A DNA stretch of 61,886 nt, filler included, from Chiloscyllium plagiosum (GCF_004010195.1; 6 parts of one record of this genome joined end to end with filler, not necessarily neighbours in it), one strand, 5' to 3'. Counted from the whole stretch's first letter, positions 1 to 12,813 are shown. Notes: generated by a model from the letters alone, not told the origin. Made by a program: numbers and translations.

Positions 1-345
1 TTTTCATGCAGAGGGTGGTACGTGTATGGAATGAGCTGCCAGAGGAAGTGGTGGAGGCTGGTACAATTGCAACATTTAAGAGGCATTTGAATGGGTATAT
101 GAATAGGAAGGGTTTGGAGGGATATGGGCCAGGTGCTGGCAGGTGGGACTAGATTGGATTGGGATATCTGGTCGGCATAGACGGGTTGGACCGAAGGGTC
201 TATTTCCATGCTGTACATCTCTATGACTCTACGACTCTAACTGGGACTAGATTAATTTAGGAATCTAGTCAGCATGGATGAGTTGGACTGAAAGGTCTGT
301 TTCCATACTATACAGCTCTCTGACTCTATGATTCTATCTCTATCT
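1..345 (+). mobile_element. CR1-clade LINE 3' end, plus a duplicated tail fragment
   Basis: End of ORF2 (F-MQRVVRVWNELPEEVVEAGT-type) followed by the CR1 3'UTR GGACCGAAGGGTCT...GCTGTA and a (CTATGACT)n-like tail. The tail is repeated at about 241-345. Confidence 0.85.
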
Positions 346-1020
346 TCTTAAAACCTTTTATGTCCTCTTCACAACTTACTTTGCTACTTATTCTTTGTGT
401 CAACAGCAAATTGGGACAATAATATCTACTGCCCCTCCATTTAAGTCATTTGTATAAATTGTAAACATGTCAGCTCCTACCATCAATTCTTGTGAGAAAC
501 TGCTTGTTACATCCTGCCTAACTGAAAAAAAACTATTTCTCATAACTCTCATCTGCCTGTTTGCCAGCCAATCTTCCAGCCATGCCAATATGTTACGATC
601 TGTACCATGAGCTTTTAACCTCCCCAATAATCTTTGGCTGGTACTTTATCAATTTTCTACTGAAAATCCACAGATGTCTACTGGTTGTCTTTTATCCGCT
701 CCATGTGTTACCTTCACAAAGAATTCTAATAAATTAGATAAAAAAGATCTCCTTTTATAAAAATACTCTCATTCTGCCTGATTTATCTAAGTGTCTTGCA
801 ATAACTTCTTTCATGAAAGCTTCCAAAATGTCCCTCTAATAGATGTTAAGCTAGCATAATTTTTTACTGCCTCCCTTCTTTTTTGAATGAAAGAATAATA
901 TTCGTTACCTTCCAACCTAATAGGGCTGATCCCAAATCAAAGGGGTTTTGGAAAATCAAAGCCAACCATCTCACTAGCCACTCCCTTTAAGACCTAGGAT
1001 GAAATCTATCAGGACTCGAG
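346..1020 (-). mobile_element. Decayed CR1 LINE RT fragment
   Basis: ORF 400-627(-) LKAHG..ILAWLEDWLANRQMRV...FTIYTNDL matches the CR1 RT region; multiple disruptions. Confidence 0.75.
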
Positions 1021-1024
1021 CACC

Positions 1025-1990
1025 CGATCAGGTATATCCCAGAACTTAGTGCAAAGCTAGGGGAGTGATTGCTAGGCCCCTTGGGAAGCTAGGGACTACT
1101 AAACTCCTAGCTGAGATATTTACATCATCGATAGCCATGGGTGAGGTGCCAGAGATTTGAGGGTGGCTGATGTCGTGCCATTAATTAAGAATGATAGTAA
1201 GGATAGGCCAGGGATCTATAGACCGGTGAGCCTGACTTCAGTGCTGGGTAAGTTGCTGCAGGGGATTCTGAGGAACAGGATTTACAAGTATTTGGAAAAG
1301 CAAAGACTGATTAGGGATAGTCAATATGGCTTTGTGCATGGGAAGTCATATCTCACTATCTTGATTTAGTTTTTTTGAAGAAGTGACAAAGAAAATTAAT
1401 GAAGACAGAATGGTGGATACTTTCTATGTGGGCTTCAGCAAGGCATTTGGCAAGGCTCCGCATGGTAGACTGGTTAGCAAGGTTAGATCATATGGAATCC
1501 AGGGAGAGCTAAGACATTTGGATACAAAATTGGCTTGAAAGTGGGAGACAGAGGGTGGAGGGGGTGGGTTGTTTTTCAGACTGGAGGCCCATGACCGGTG
1601 GTGTCCCATAAGAATCAGTATTGGGTCCACTGCTTTTTGTCAATTATATAAATGATTTTGGGTGTGAATATAGGACGAATGGTTAGTAAGTTTGCAGATG
1701 ACACCAAAATAAATAGTGTTGTGGATGGTGAAGAAAGTTATCTCAGAGTACAATGGAACCTTGAACAGGTGGCGGGCTGATGGGCCTAGGATTGGCAGAT
1801 GGAACTTAATTTAGATAACTGCAAGTGTTGCATTTTGATGGGGAAAATCAGAGCAGGACTTATACATTTAATGTTGGGTCCTAGGGCATGTTGCTGAACA
1901 AAGAGATGTTGGTGTTCATAATTCCTTGAAGGTGGAGTAGCAGGTAGATAGGATAGTGAAGAGGTGTTTAGTACCTTTTTAAGGTCTTTA
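1025..1990 (+). mobile_element. Decayed CR1 LINE RT fragment
   Basis: ORF 1157-1369 VVPLIK..DRPGIYRPVSLTSVLGKLL...SQYGFVHGKS, and a downstream KFADDTK motif at about 1688-1708. Confidence 0.85.
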
Positions 1991-1994
1991 TGGG

Positions 1995-2662
1995 TCAGTC
2001 CTGTTCTGAGTGAAGCTATCCAATTGTTTTCACTCAAGTGATATTTCCCAGCTCAGTCGGACTGACAAAGGTATCTACTTCCATTGGAATACTCGGCAAT
2101 TCATATTCTCCACTTGCCGCATTTTCCAATGATAAAGCCAGTTCTACTGCCTGTTTAAAGTCAAGTTAGATTTCAGATATTAGATGCTTTTGCATGGTTG
2201 CACATACCAAATGGTGTCTCAGCATCTCATTCAAAGCTGAACCAAAGTCACATGCCTCTGCCAGTCATCTTAACCTAGTCAAAAATTCTGATACGGAGTC
2301 CCCTGCTTCTTGAATTGCTAAGTAAAATTGATTGCATCTCAGAATTAAAGGGAACTTGGGGTCATAATATTCCTTAACTAAATCCAACAGTTCTTGAAAG
2401 ATTTTACTATCTGGTGCCTCAGGGAATGTTAAGCTCCTAATAACTGAAAAAGCTGCTGTCAGGAGAATGACTAATTGTTTTTCATCTCCCTCAATGCTAT
2501 TTGCCTGGAAAAAGTAATACATTCTTTCCACATACTGGGCCCAGTGTTCGAGGGCAAGATCAAACAGATCAAACTTTCCAAATAACAGCATGGCGTTAGA
2601 AATGCTTACCTCAACTGATGAGAGGCGATTTCTTCAGAAGCATGCTTTCCTCTCATTGATAC
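1995..2662 (-). mobile_element. Ty3/Gypsy gag relic (internal region, 3'-truncated)
   Basis: ORF 2265-2591(-) FGKFDLFD..WAQYVERMYYFFQAN...Q.AGDSVSEFLTRLR, continuing out of frame as LAEACDFGSALNEMLR. Typical of vertebrate Gypsy gag. Confidence 0.8.
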
Positions 2663-2992
2663 TGAAATTACTCTGCAGAAACTGGAATCCCATCACCAAG
2701 TCACACTTTATTTACACACCAAAGGTTCTTGACACTTATCCAGCTTCCTCTGAGTGAACAGAACCTCTGACACTTCTGTTCATATCCGTCATGTAGGACT
2801 CTCTGAGGCAACCAGATTAACAGTCCCAATCAGGGAACTCATATTCTGTGGGGTCCACCTGGGTGACCTTGAGTCCTAATACAAGATTCCTACATGAAAT
2901 GTTGACCCTCCTTCTCCTCTAATGCAGTTTGACCTGCCGTGCTTTTTCTAGCTCCGCTCTTTGTCCAGTCTGACTATGTTAAAATCACTACA
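2663..2992 (-). mobile_element. 5' LTR of the Gypsy element
   Basis: Minus strand begins TGTAGTG and ends TTTCA, contains AATAAA, and lies directly upstream of a degenerate PBS-like stretch and the gag start. It contains a small PLE-terminus fragment at about 2890-2965. Confidence 0.65.
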
Positions 2993-3966
2993 CTCTCTCG
3001 TGCATACCTGTCAGCACATTCAGCTTCTCCTTTCAACCTAGAGAGTGGCACCCCATATTCAACTGAATTATTTATGAAAATGCCAGTACACTGCAAAATG
3101 TGAGGTGACTAGATAGGAAAACACAATCTTTATCTAAAGTGGTGAATCAGCATTAATTGAACTGCAGACCACAATGGAGAGCACTGTTGCTCTCAAACTG
3201 TCTGCAGCAGAATTTTTCATGAAGTGAAGTGTAAGACCAAATCATCTCACATTCATCCACAGCTGATGATCATAACCATTCTAATCTCTGGGTTTAAATT
3301 TTAAAAGTAGAAAGCTTTCATTTCATGGCAGATTTGTTGAAGTAGCTGAGAAAAACAACGGAAGCTTTCATTACAGATTAATATTCTCACCAGTTGCTTA
3401 TTGCTCATCCATTGCCAGTGCCTGCTGTTCTGATGTTATGTATTTCATCTAGTGTGTTATGCTCAAATGCATTAGCTAAGTTCACCAGGATGGCACACTT
3501 CTATTGCTGATTGCCAGGGTGAGCCTGAGTTGTCATGTGAAATGAATGGTTGGCATGGTCACCAAACTATCACTCAGCTCCTTTGCCATAGTCAGAGACA
3601 TAGAAAGAGAGGATGTTCTGCTGATAGGTTATCTGTACAACTTCGTGCCATGTAGCCCTCAACTGAATGTTGGAATGTAAATTCTGCTCACAGCAAGCTT
3701 TAACATTAGGAATTAAGAGGATGGAGAGTAAAAGAAGGAAAAGTTTTGTACAGAAACAGAAATTGCTAATAAAACTTTGCAGGTCTGGCAGCATCTATGG
3801 AGAGACATCAGAATTAACCTTCCAGGTCCAGAGGTTATAAAGGAGAACATACAGTGACTGAGAAGAAAAACTAGGGTAGCACAAACGGAATTCAGTGGAC
3901 TTATTTTATATACTGTGCTTCTAAAGTACACAAGCGGTTGTATGGCTGACTGATGCACTTGTGTAG

Positions 3967-5886
3967 GTAAAAATGACTGCAGATGCTGGAAACCAGATTC
4001 TGGATTAGTAGTGCTGGAAGAGCACAGCAGTTCAGGCAGCATCCGAGGAGCAGTAAAATCGACTTTTTGGGCAAAAGCCCTTCATCAGGAATAAAGACAG
4101 AGAGCCTGAAGGGTGGAGAGATAAGCTAGAGAAGGGTGTGGGTGGGGAGAACGTAGCATAGAGTACAATAGGTGAGTGGGGGAGGGGATGGAGGTGATAG
4201 GTCAGGGAGGAGGGTGGAGTGGATAGGTGGAAAAGAAGATAGGCAGGTAGGACAAGTCATGGGGACAAGGCTGAGCTGGAAGTTTGGAACTAGGGTGAAG
4301 TGGGGGAAGGGGAAATGAGGAAACTGTTGAAGTCCACATTGATGCCCTGGGATTGAAGTGTTCCGAGGCAGAAGGTGAGGCGTTCTTCCTCCAGGCATCT
4401 GGTGGCGAGGGAGCGGCAGTGAAGGAGGCCCAGGACCTCCATGTTCTCGTCAGAGTGGGAGGGGGAGTTGAAATGTTGGGCTACGGGGCAGTTTGGTTGA
4501 TTGGTGCGGGTGTCCCAGAGATGTTCCCTAAAGCGCTCTGCGAGGAGGCGTCCAGTCTTCCCAATGTAAGGAGACCACATCGGGAGCAACGGATACAATA
4601 AATGCTATTGGTGGATGTGCAGGTAATTACGGAAGATCGACTGTTCTACGTAGCCAACAAAGAGACACGAACAGTCGATCTTCCGTAATTACACCGGCAC
4701 CACTCCCCACCTCTTCCTCCGCTACATTGATGACTGCATTGGCGCCACCTCGTGCTCCCGTGAGGAGGTTGAGTAATTCATCAACTTCACCAACAAACCC
4801 ACCGACTCCCACAGCTACCTGGATTATACCTCTTCCCACCCTACCTCTTGCAAAAATGCCATCCCGTATTCCCAATTCCTCCGCCTCCGCCGTATCTGCT
4901 CCCAGGAGGACCAGTTCCACCACAGAACACACCAGATGGCCTCCTTCTTTAGAGACCGCAATTTCTCTTCCCACGTGGTTAAAGATGCCCTCCAACGCAT
5001 CTTGTCCACATCCCACACTCTGCTCTCAGACCCCACCCCTCCAACAGTAACAAGGACAGAACGCCCCTGGTGCTCACCTTCCACCCTACAAACCTCCGCA
5101 TAAACCAAATCATCCGCCAACATTTCCGCCATCTCCAAAAAGATCCCACCACCAGGGATATATTTCCCTTCCCACCCCTTTCCGCCTTCCGCAAAGACCG
5201 TTTCCTCCGTGACTACCTGGTCAGGTCCACGCCCCCCTACAACNNNNNNNNNNNNNNNNNNNNNNNNNNNNNNNNNNNNNNNNNNNNNNNNNNNNNNNNN
5301 NNNNNNNNNNNNNNNNNNNNNNNNNNNNNNNNNNNNNNNNNNNNNNNNNNNNNNNNNNNNNNNNNNNNNNNNNNNNNNNNNNNNNNNNNNNNNNNNNNNN
5401 NNNNNNNNNNNNNNNNNNNNNNNNNNNNNNNNNNNNNNNNNNNNNNNNNNNNNNNNNNNNNNNNNNNNNNNNNNNNNNNNNNNNNNNNNNNNNNNNNNNN
5501 NNNNNNNNNNNNNNNNNNNNNNNNNNNNNNNNNNNNNNNNNNNNNNNNNNNNNNNNNNNNNNNNNNNNNNNNNNNNNNNNNNNNNNNNNNNNNNNNNNNN
5601 NNNNNNNNNNNNNNNNNNNNNNNNNNNNNNNNNNNNNNNNNNNNNNNNNNNNNNNNNNNNNNNNNNNNNNNNNNNNNNNNNNNNNNNNNNNNNNNNNNNN
5701 NNNNNNNNNNNNNNNNNNNNNNNNNNNNNNNNNNNNNNNNNNNNNNNNNNNNNNNNNNNNNNNNTCTCCACCCTTCAGGCTCTCTGCCTTTATTCCTGAT
5801 GAAGGGCTTTTGCCCAAAACGTCGATTTTACTGCTCCTTGGATGCTGCCTGAACTGCTGTGCTCTTCCAGCACCACTAATCCAGAA
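3967..5886. mobile_element. Penelope-like element in fold-back arrangement (minus pLTR + GIY-YIG; plus RT + pLTR)
   Basis: ORF 4290-4598(-) YIGKTGRLLAERFREHL..PVAQHFNS (GIY-YIG C-half). RT YIDD at 4723-4734(+). Inverted terminal arms. 16-bp TSD TGATGCACTTGTGTAG at 3951-3966 and 5887-5902. Internal N gap. Confidence 0.9.
5792..5826 (+). ncRNA. Hammerhead ribozyme motif, degenerate (GAAA>AAAA)
   Basis: CTGATGA-A-GGGC-TTTT-GCCC-AAAAC-GTC. A mirror copy lies on the minus strand at about 4059-4092. Confidence 0.65.
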
Positions 5887-6179
5887 TGATGCACTTGTGT
5901 AGTAAAGGTGAATGGGCTGTGGTGGGAAGGTACAGATAACTAGGGTGACAGTGATGTTGTTAAGGAAGCCAAACTGATGATTCTGGAACTACACAATGCA
6001 ATACAAACAGAGTCATAGAGTCATAAACATGTACAGCATGGAAACAGACCCTTCAATCCAACTTGTTCAATCCAACCAGGTATCCTAAATAAATCTAGAC
6101 CTGTTTGCCATCATTTGGTCTATATCTCTCTAAACTCTTTCTATTCATATGCCCATCCAGATGCCTTTCAAATGATGTA

Positions 6180-8627
6180 CAGGTAGTTGTTGTATAAAGC
6201 ATGTTTCGGCAGCGTGATTTGGCTATAACGTCCCCGAAGAATGAGGGAATGGTGTTTTCAATAACACTTACCTCTGTTTGCAATAGCATGATTCTAGCAG
6301 TGATCGTTTCACAAGCATGCGCCAAATTCTCCATGTCCTTCTGCACATGTGCCAATGTCAGCTTCTGTCAGCGCACGTGAGAGTTACACTAGTATGCATT
6401 GAGCAGCTTCATTTCAAAAATTAAACTGTAGAATATTCTACTGGGGGAAGCATGGTGGTTCAATGGTTAGCACTGCTGCCTCACAGCACCAGGGACTTGG
6501 GTTCGATCCAGCCTTGGGCGAGTGTCTGTGTTGAGTTTGCACATTCTCCCCATGTCTCATGGTTTTCCTCTGTGTGATCCAATTTCCTCCCACAATCCAA
6601 AGATGCGCACATTAGGTGAATTAGCTGTGCTAAATTGTCCAAAGTATTCAAGGGTATGTATGTAGGTGCATTAGTCAGGGGTTAAATGTTGGGAAACGGG
6701 TCTGGGTGGGTTACTGTTCGGAGGGTCGGTGTGGCTGAAAGGCCTGTTCCTACACTGTAGGGATTCTAATTCTAATTCATTGCTCTCCCTCTGAGACAAA
6801 AATATTCTTGTATAGATTCTATATGAATCCTGTACAATTCCTGTAGGACTGCATTATTTTTATACATACCATTTAATTTTCTAATTTGCATATCACATAA
6901 TTTACTTCTAGATTATGCCCCCCCCATTTTTACAAAAAAAAGGATAGTGACAAGAAATGTCCTGATGATAAAATTGTGGGTGGTGAGCGCAAAAGAAAGG
7001 ATATAACACTGGAAAAGAAGCTAGATATTATAAAGCGTTTTGAGTATAAGGAGAGAACATGTGATATAGCACTTTTAACAGAAATGAGGGAGTCAACTTA
7101 CACACCATTAGAGGCAATGCTAAAAAGATTAAAGCAAACTGTATTGCTGGAACAAGGCTGAGTGCCAGCAAATCTGTGAGGTCACGGCCAAAGGAATGTA
7201 AGGAGATGGAGAGGCTTCTAAGTGTTTCGATAGAAGATCCAACAAAAATGTGATCTGGGACACTCTTTCTCACCTTAAAAGAGAAAGCCTTATCCATTTT
7301 TGAAAATCTAAAGAAAACTGCTCAAAATCCTGCAGATGTGCCTGCCTTTAGTTTGCTGATTTTAAGAACTGCTATGCATTCCATAACGCAAAGTCAGTTG
7401 GTGAATCTGTCTGTGCAGACAAGTGTGTGTGGGCATTTCCTTCCATAGTCTAAGATTTTAGAGGATGTGAACCTTCAGAGGAGCTCCCAAAAATCAAAGA
7501 GCATTGTATTGCCCTTTCAAAAGTGGGAAGTGAGGATATTGCAGAGCTGCTTGAGTCTCACTATGAAGACCTTTGCATAGCTGATTTATAACAGCTTGTC
7601 ACTGAGGGCAAAGTGATAGCTGGAGATGAAAAAGATGAAGTCCAGGATGCAGCACCATGAGAGCTTTCAACTTATTTTGTCTTTTATCCTGAGGGAAATT
7701 GAGAGGCAGTTGCAGCTCTTAGAGGACAATGATCGATGGAGAGAGAGAGAAACCACAGGTTCCAGAACAGTTGGAAGCAGTCAAGGAGTTGGGCATGTTT
7801 TGCTTCCACACAGTTTGCAAGTTTGTAGCTTTCATATGATTCACGTGCTTGTTGAGGACCATTACTGGACCTGACCTCATGTCGACCATGCCTCTTACCC
7901 ATGCAGGACCATTCCCATGGTTTCAACACCAAACTTTGTCCCTTGAAGTTAACTGTCACTCTCACTTAGCGGAGTCTTGTGCTTGGCATTGACATTCCTG
8001 ATGCCATTTCATCTTCCCCACACATCCCAACATAGAACGCAGTAGGGTATCAGCTTGTTCAATAAGATATCATGTCGCATCATATGAACAGCTTCTTCAA
8101 GACAGAAGAAAAAGGGCAAAGCAGCAGAAACTGGATGTCTTTTTTATACCAACCTCCAATAAACAGTCAGAAGACAATCAACCACAGCCATCCAGTTCTA
8201 CAACCACAACTGCACCTTACATTCCTTACATTCCTTTGGCCGTGACCTCACAGATTTGCTGGCACTCAGCCTTGTTCCAGCAATACAGTTTGCTTTAATC
8301 TTTTTAGCATTGCCTCTAATGGCGTGTAAGTAGACTCCCTCATTTCTGTTAAAGGTGGTGATGATGATGATGACCCTCTGTTCCTGCATTAACAATATGT
8401 TTTCAATGTAATGTGTTAAATTTACCTTTATTTCATTAAATATGATTTCAACTTTCATTCAGACTCAGCTATACTTTGTGTCAGCCTTTTGGGTCATCTT
8501 TGGGTGATTGTAAGTGATTTCTTTGCTGGTCTACTTTTCCCATAGGCCCCATCATTTCTATTTCGGGATATTCTACCAAGCAAGGATTCGCTGGAACACA
8601 ATTACAGCATTATAGGAGAACTATCTG
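6180..8627 (+). mobile_element. Tigger/pogo (Tc1-mariner superfamily) DNA transposon, internally deleted transposase
   Basis: TIRs CAGGTAGTTGTTGTATAA and TTATAGGAGAACTATCTG, with TA on the left and TT (mutated TA) on the right. RKRKDITLEKKLDIIKRFE is a CENP-B/psq-type HTH, followed by KEKALSIFENLK and EDIAELLESH (TIGD-like). DDE core not seen. Confidence 0.85.
6445..6776 (+). mobile_element. HE1-type V-SINE (tRNA-derived)
   Basis: A box TGGTTCAATGG and B box GGTTCGATCC, V-domain GTCTGTGTTGAGTTTGCACATTCTCCCC, and a CR1-like tail ending (ATTCTA)n. Confidence 0.85.
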
Positions 8628-9149
8628 TTATTGTACCAACCTCCACCACTTCCTCTGGCAGCTCATTCCATAAACACACCATCCTCAGCATGAAAAAGTT
8701 GCCCCAAAGGTCCCTTTTAAATATTTTCCCTCTCACTTTTAACTTATGCCCTCTAATTCTGGAGTCTCCTAATCCAGGAAAAGACCTTGGCTATTCATCC
8801 TATCCATATCCCTCATGATTTTAAAAAACCTCTATAAGGTCACCCCTCAAGTTTCGACGCTTTAAGGAAAGTAGCCCCAGCCTATTCAGCCTCTCTCTAT
8901 AGCTCAAATCCTCCAACCCTGGCAACATCCTTGTAAATCATTTCTGAATCCTTTCAAGTTTCACAGCATCCTTCCTATAGCAGGCAGACAGGAATTGCAT
9001 GCAGTATTCCACAAGTGTTCTAACCAATGTCCTGTACAGCCGCAACATGACCTCCTAACTCCTACATCTCAGCAAGGGGCCCAGCAATCATTTCCCTAGC
9101 TTCCCATAGGGTTCTAGGGTATACCTAAATGCACTAAAGAAATGTTTTA

Positions 9150-10625
9150 ATCATAGAGTCATGGAGTCATACAGCATGTAAAAAGACCTTTTGGTCCAAC
9201 TCACCAATGGCCACCACATTTCCCAAACTAAACTATTCTCACTTGCCTGCGTTTGGCCCATATCCCTCCAAACTTTTTCTATTCGTGTACCTATCCAAAT
9301 GTTTGTTAAATGTTGTAACTGCACCTGCACTGACCATTTCACATGCAAACCACCCTCTTTATAAAAAAATTGCCTCTTCAGTCCCTTTTAAATCTTTCTC
9401 CTCTCACATTAAATAATATGCCACCTAGTTTTGAACTCCCCACCCTAAGGAAAAGATCTTTATTATTCATCATATCTGTGTCCTTCATGATTTTATAAAC
9501 CTCTGTAAGGTCACTTTGTTCAACCTATTCTGCTTCAGTGAAAGAAATCCAGCCTTTCCAGCTTCTCCTTATAACTCACCTCTCCAGTCCTGGCAACATC
9601 CTGGTAAATCTTTTCTGATCCCTCTTCAATTTAATAATATCCTTCCTGTAGCAGGATGACCCAGATTCCAAAAGTAGTCTCACCAATGTCCTCTACAACC
9701 TTAACATGGCATCCCAATTCTATACTCAATGATCTGAGCAATGAAGACAAGCATGCTAAATATCTTGTTAATCATCCTATCTACCTATGACACAACTTTC
9801 AATGGACTATGTACCTGGACCTCTAGGTCTCTCTGTTCAACAACACTACCCAGGGCCCTACAATTAATTATATTCATCCAGCCCTTTTTCATATTATCAA
9901 AATGCAATACCTCACATTTATCAAAACTAAACTCCATCTGCCTACTCCTCAGCACATTGGCCCATTGGATCAAGAGCCCTTTGTAATCTTAGAGGTAATC
10001 TTCTTCACTGTCCACTACATCACCAACTTTGGTGTCATCTGCAAACTTACTAACCATGCCTCCTAAATTCTCATCCAAATTGTTCACATAAATGACAGAT
10101 AATAGAGGACCTAGCTCCGATCCCTATGGAACACCGTTGGTCACAGGCCTCCACTAACACCCCTGTCTCTTACCATCAAACCAATTTTGTACCCAATTGC
10201 CAAGGTCTCCCTGAATCTGATCTAACTTTATTCATCAGTCTATCATGTAGAATCTTGTTAAAGGCTTTACTGAAATCCAAGTAGACAATGTCTACAATTC
10301 TGCTTTTATCAATCTTTTTATTTATGCCCTCAAAACCTGGTTGTGAGTCATGACTTCCCATGCACAAAGCCTTGTTGACAATCCCTAATCAGTCTTTGTC
10401 TCTCCAAGTGCATGTAAAGCCTATCTCTCTGAATCACCTCCAACTATTTATCTACAACTGATGCCAGTGGTCTATAGTTTCCAGCCCTCTCCTTACAGCA
10501 TTTCTTAAATAAAGGCACAATATTAGACACCCTCCAGTCTTTTGGCACCTCAGCCATGGCTGTAGATAATACAAATATCTCTGCGAGGTGCCCTACAATT
10601 TATACCCTAACTTCCCATATTGTCT
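9150..10625 (-). mobile_element. CR1 LINE 3' part (RT to tail)
   Basis: ORFs 9785-9973 (QMEFSFDKCEVLHF) and 10176-10367 (VDIVYLDFSKAFNKI). Tail at about 9150. Confidence 0.85.
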
Positions 10626-10743
10626 TAAAAGAACATCCAAAATCATTCAACCTCACATTGAATGTTGCTCATTGTCTTTTAAAGATGTAGGCTGGAAGGT
10701 CATAGTACCTAGTACACATAGTACCTAGTCCTCCAAATGTACA

Positions 10744-10960
10744 CAGATAGTTGTCAGGTCGTGAATGGGTTCCATTCTGATATCTATTCACAATTTAATT
10801 TGGACAACAGTAGCATGCAATACAGGATAATATAAAATAGCTGTTCACAGGTATAGGAACCGTTCCAATGTTGGATCTTTAAAATTACACTCCTGTGTAG
10901 GACTGCGTCCGCATATATGAGTATTGGTAAGTTGGACTTCCGTGAATCAAGGGCCCCCTG
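10744..10960. mobile_element. Degenerate Tigger-type MITE
   Basis: Ends CAGATAGTTGTCAGGTCGTGAA and TTCCGTGAATCAAGGGCCCCCTG|TA resemble Tigger TIRs. Confidence 0.45.
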
Positions 10961-12542
10961 TATGCCCAGTACTAGTCAGAAAATGAGGAAAAGGGATTTT
11001 GCCAATTTCCCACTGTATCTGGTTGGTGCAAATGCTCCCAGCTTTCAGGTGGACAAATCTTTCTTCCACTCATTTAGCCACTAGAAATTCAACAAAAAAG
11101 TCACTGACTCAGCATTACCATCCTTCCCAGCCATTTTCCTGTTCGCTGAATTTGTAATTAGAATATGTTGCAAACCTCCAGTATTGGCAATTTTTTTTGA
11201 TATTTAGTATACTTTGCTGATTCTGGAATCACCAACATTTAAATGTGAACTGATATCAGTACAATACCTAAATAGTCACAGTCCTGTGTCTGCATTTTCA
11301 TTTTTTATTAGTAGCTTTGAACAATTATAGGATAGTTAGCTTATCCTGATGTTGTTGATATAAATGGAACCTTTTGTTACATAATTTAGATTTTGTCAGC
11401 AGCAAGTTAGCACCTGCTTGCTATAGCACATACACTGCCTGGTAAAACCAGTCCATAGGTGCTTTGATTCAGTTAGTTTAAATAATGACACTTGGAAAAT
11501 GAGAAAACAGCTCAGGCAGACTAGGATATTGTTACTTTGCATCACTTCATGTGTCCAAATGCAGATTTGGGCAACATTCAGGTTTAAATAGATAAATGGC
11601 AAGTTACATGTATGCTTTTGCAAAGACCATATCCACCATGAGAAAATCTAACCATTTCCTCTTGACATGCAATTACATTATCATCTGAATCTCTCACTTT
11701 CAACATCTGAGTAGTTACCATTAATCAAAAACCCAAACTCGAACAGATTTATAACTAGTCTGTTTAAAAGAGCAGGTCAGACACTAGAAATTTTGTGATA
11801 AGTAACTGACTTCTTGTCTCCCCAGTGCTTGTCCATTGTCCATAAGCATAATTCAGGAGTGTGATGGAATGCAGCATAATTTCCTAAACGAGTGTCGCTC
11901 CAACAACACTGCTGACGGTTGACACCATCCAAGACTAAGCAGCCCTTTTGATTGTCACACATTCACCACCTTTTACATTGACAGTCTATTAGACCAGAGC
12001 TTAGTTGTACCAACTTTACCTTCCACATGATGCACTGCAGCAACTTACCAAGGTTCCTTTGACAGCAACTTCCAAACTTCCATCCTGTACCACCTAGAAG
12101 GATAAGGGTAGTAGATCTATGGAAACACCACTACCTGCAGGCTACTTTTAGGATACTCCGAACAGGGTTGGAAATAAACCATCAGTCTTTTATTATTGCC
12201 AGGTCAAAACCCTTGAAGTCTCTGTCTAATAACACAATGAAGGTGCCAGCAGCACACATGCTATGGCAATTCATGAAGATAAATCTTCGAGGAGAAAGTG
12301 AGGACTGCAGATGCTGGAGATCAGAGCTGAAAATGTGTTGCTGGAAAAGCGCAGCAGGTCAGGCAGCATCCAAGGAACGAGAGAATCGATGTTTTGGGCA
12401 TAAGCCCTTCTTCAGGAATGAGGAAAGTCTGTCCAGTAGGTTAAGATAAAAGGTAAGGAGGAGGGACTTGGGGGAGGGGCGTTGGAAATGCGATAGGTGG
12501 AAGGAGGTCAAGGTGAGGGTGATAGGCCGGAGTGGGGTGGGG

Positions 12543-12642
12543 NNNNNNNNNNNNNNNNNNNNNNNNNNNNNNNNNNNNNNNNNNNNTTAATTAATTAANN
12601 NNNNNNNNNNNNNNNNNNNNNNNNNNNNNNNNNNNNNNNNNN
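12543..12642. other. Artificial 100-bp contig spacer (also at 33220-33319, 40802-40901, 46901-47000 and 55971-56070)
   Basis: N44-TTAATTAATTAA-N44; the 12-mer gives stop codons in all six frames. Confidence 0.95.
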
Positions 12643-12777
12643 TGACCTCTCCAACCCCACCCCACTCCAGCCTATCACCCTCAGCTTGACCTCCTTCCAC
12701 CTATTGCATTTCCAACGCCCCTCCCCCAAGTCCCTCCTCCCTACCTTTTATCTTAGCCTGCTGGACACACTTTCCTC

Positions 12778-12813
12778 ATTCCTGAAGAAGGGCTTATGCC
12801 CGAAACGTCGATT
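12778..12813 (+). ncRNA. Minimal type-I hammerhead ribozyme, core intact
   Basis: ATTC-CTGAAGA-A-GGGC-TTAT-GCCC-GAAAC-GTC-GATT. All core nucleotides present; predicted cleavage after GUC (12809). Confidence 0.8.

Larger units (their letters stand above)
6010..9125 (-). mobile_element. CR1 3' portion split by the Tigger insertion (pieces about 6010-6179 and 8628-9125)
   Basis: CR1 tail at about 6010-6060 on the minus strand. The sequence resumes seamlessly after the Tigger right TIR (…AATGATGTA | ATTGTACCAACCTCCACCACTTCCTCTGGCAGCTCATTCC). Confidence 0.8.

Noticed and set aside
4824..5852. Long ORFs of 196-382 aa spanning N runs (also 38081-39289)
   Set aside because: Their length comes from gap Ns translated as X.
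6445..6520. tRNA-like A/B boxes (also 37241, 45327, 27560, 27680, 34380)
   Set aside because: SINE heads followed by SINE bodies; no complete cloverleaf.
12168..12449. Recurrent peptide MCCWKSAAGQAAS in several ORFs
   Set aside because: Antisense translation of the PLE terminal repeat, not a gene family.
12587..12598. Recurrent palindrome TTAATTAATTAA (five copies)
   Set aside because: Always centred in N44/N44; an artificial six-frame-stop contig spacer.
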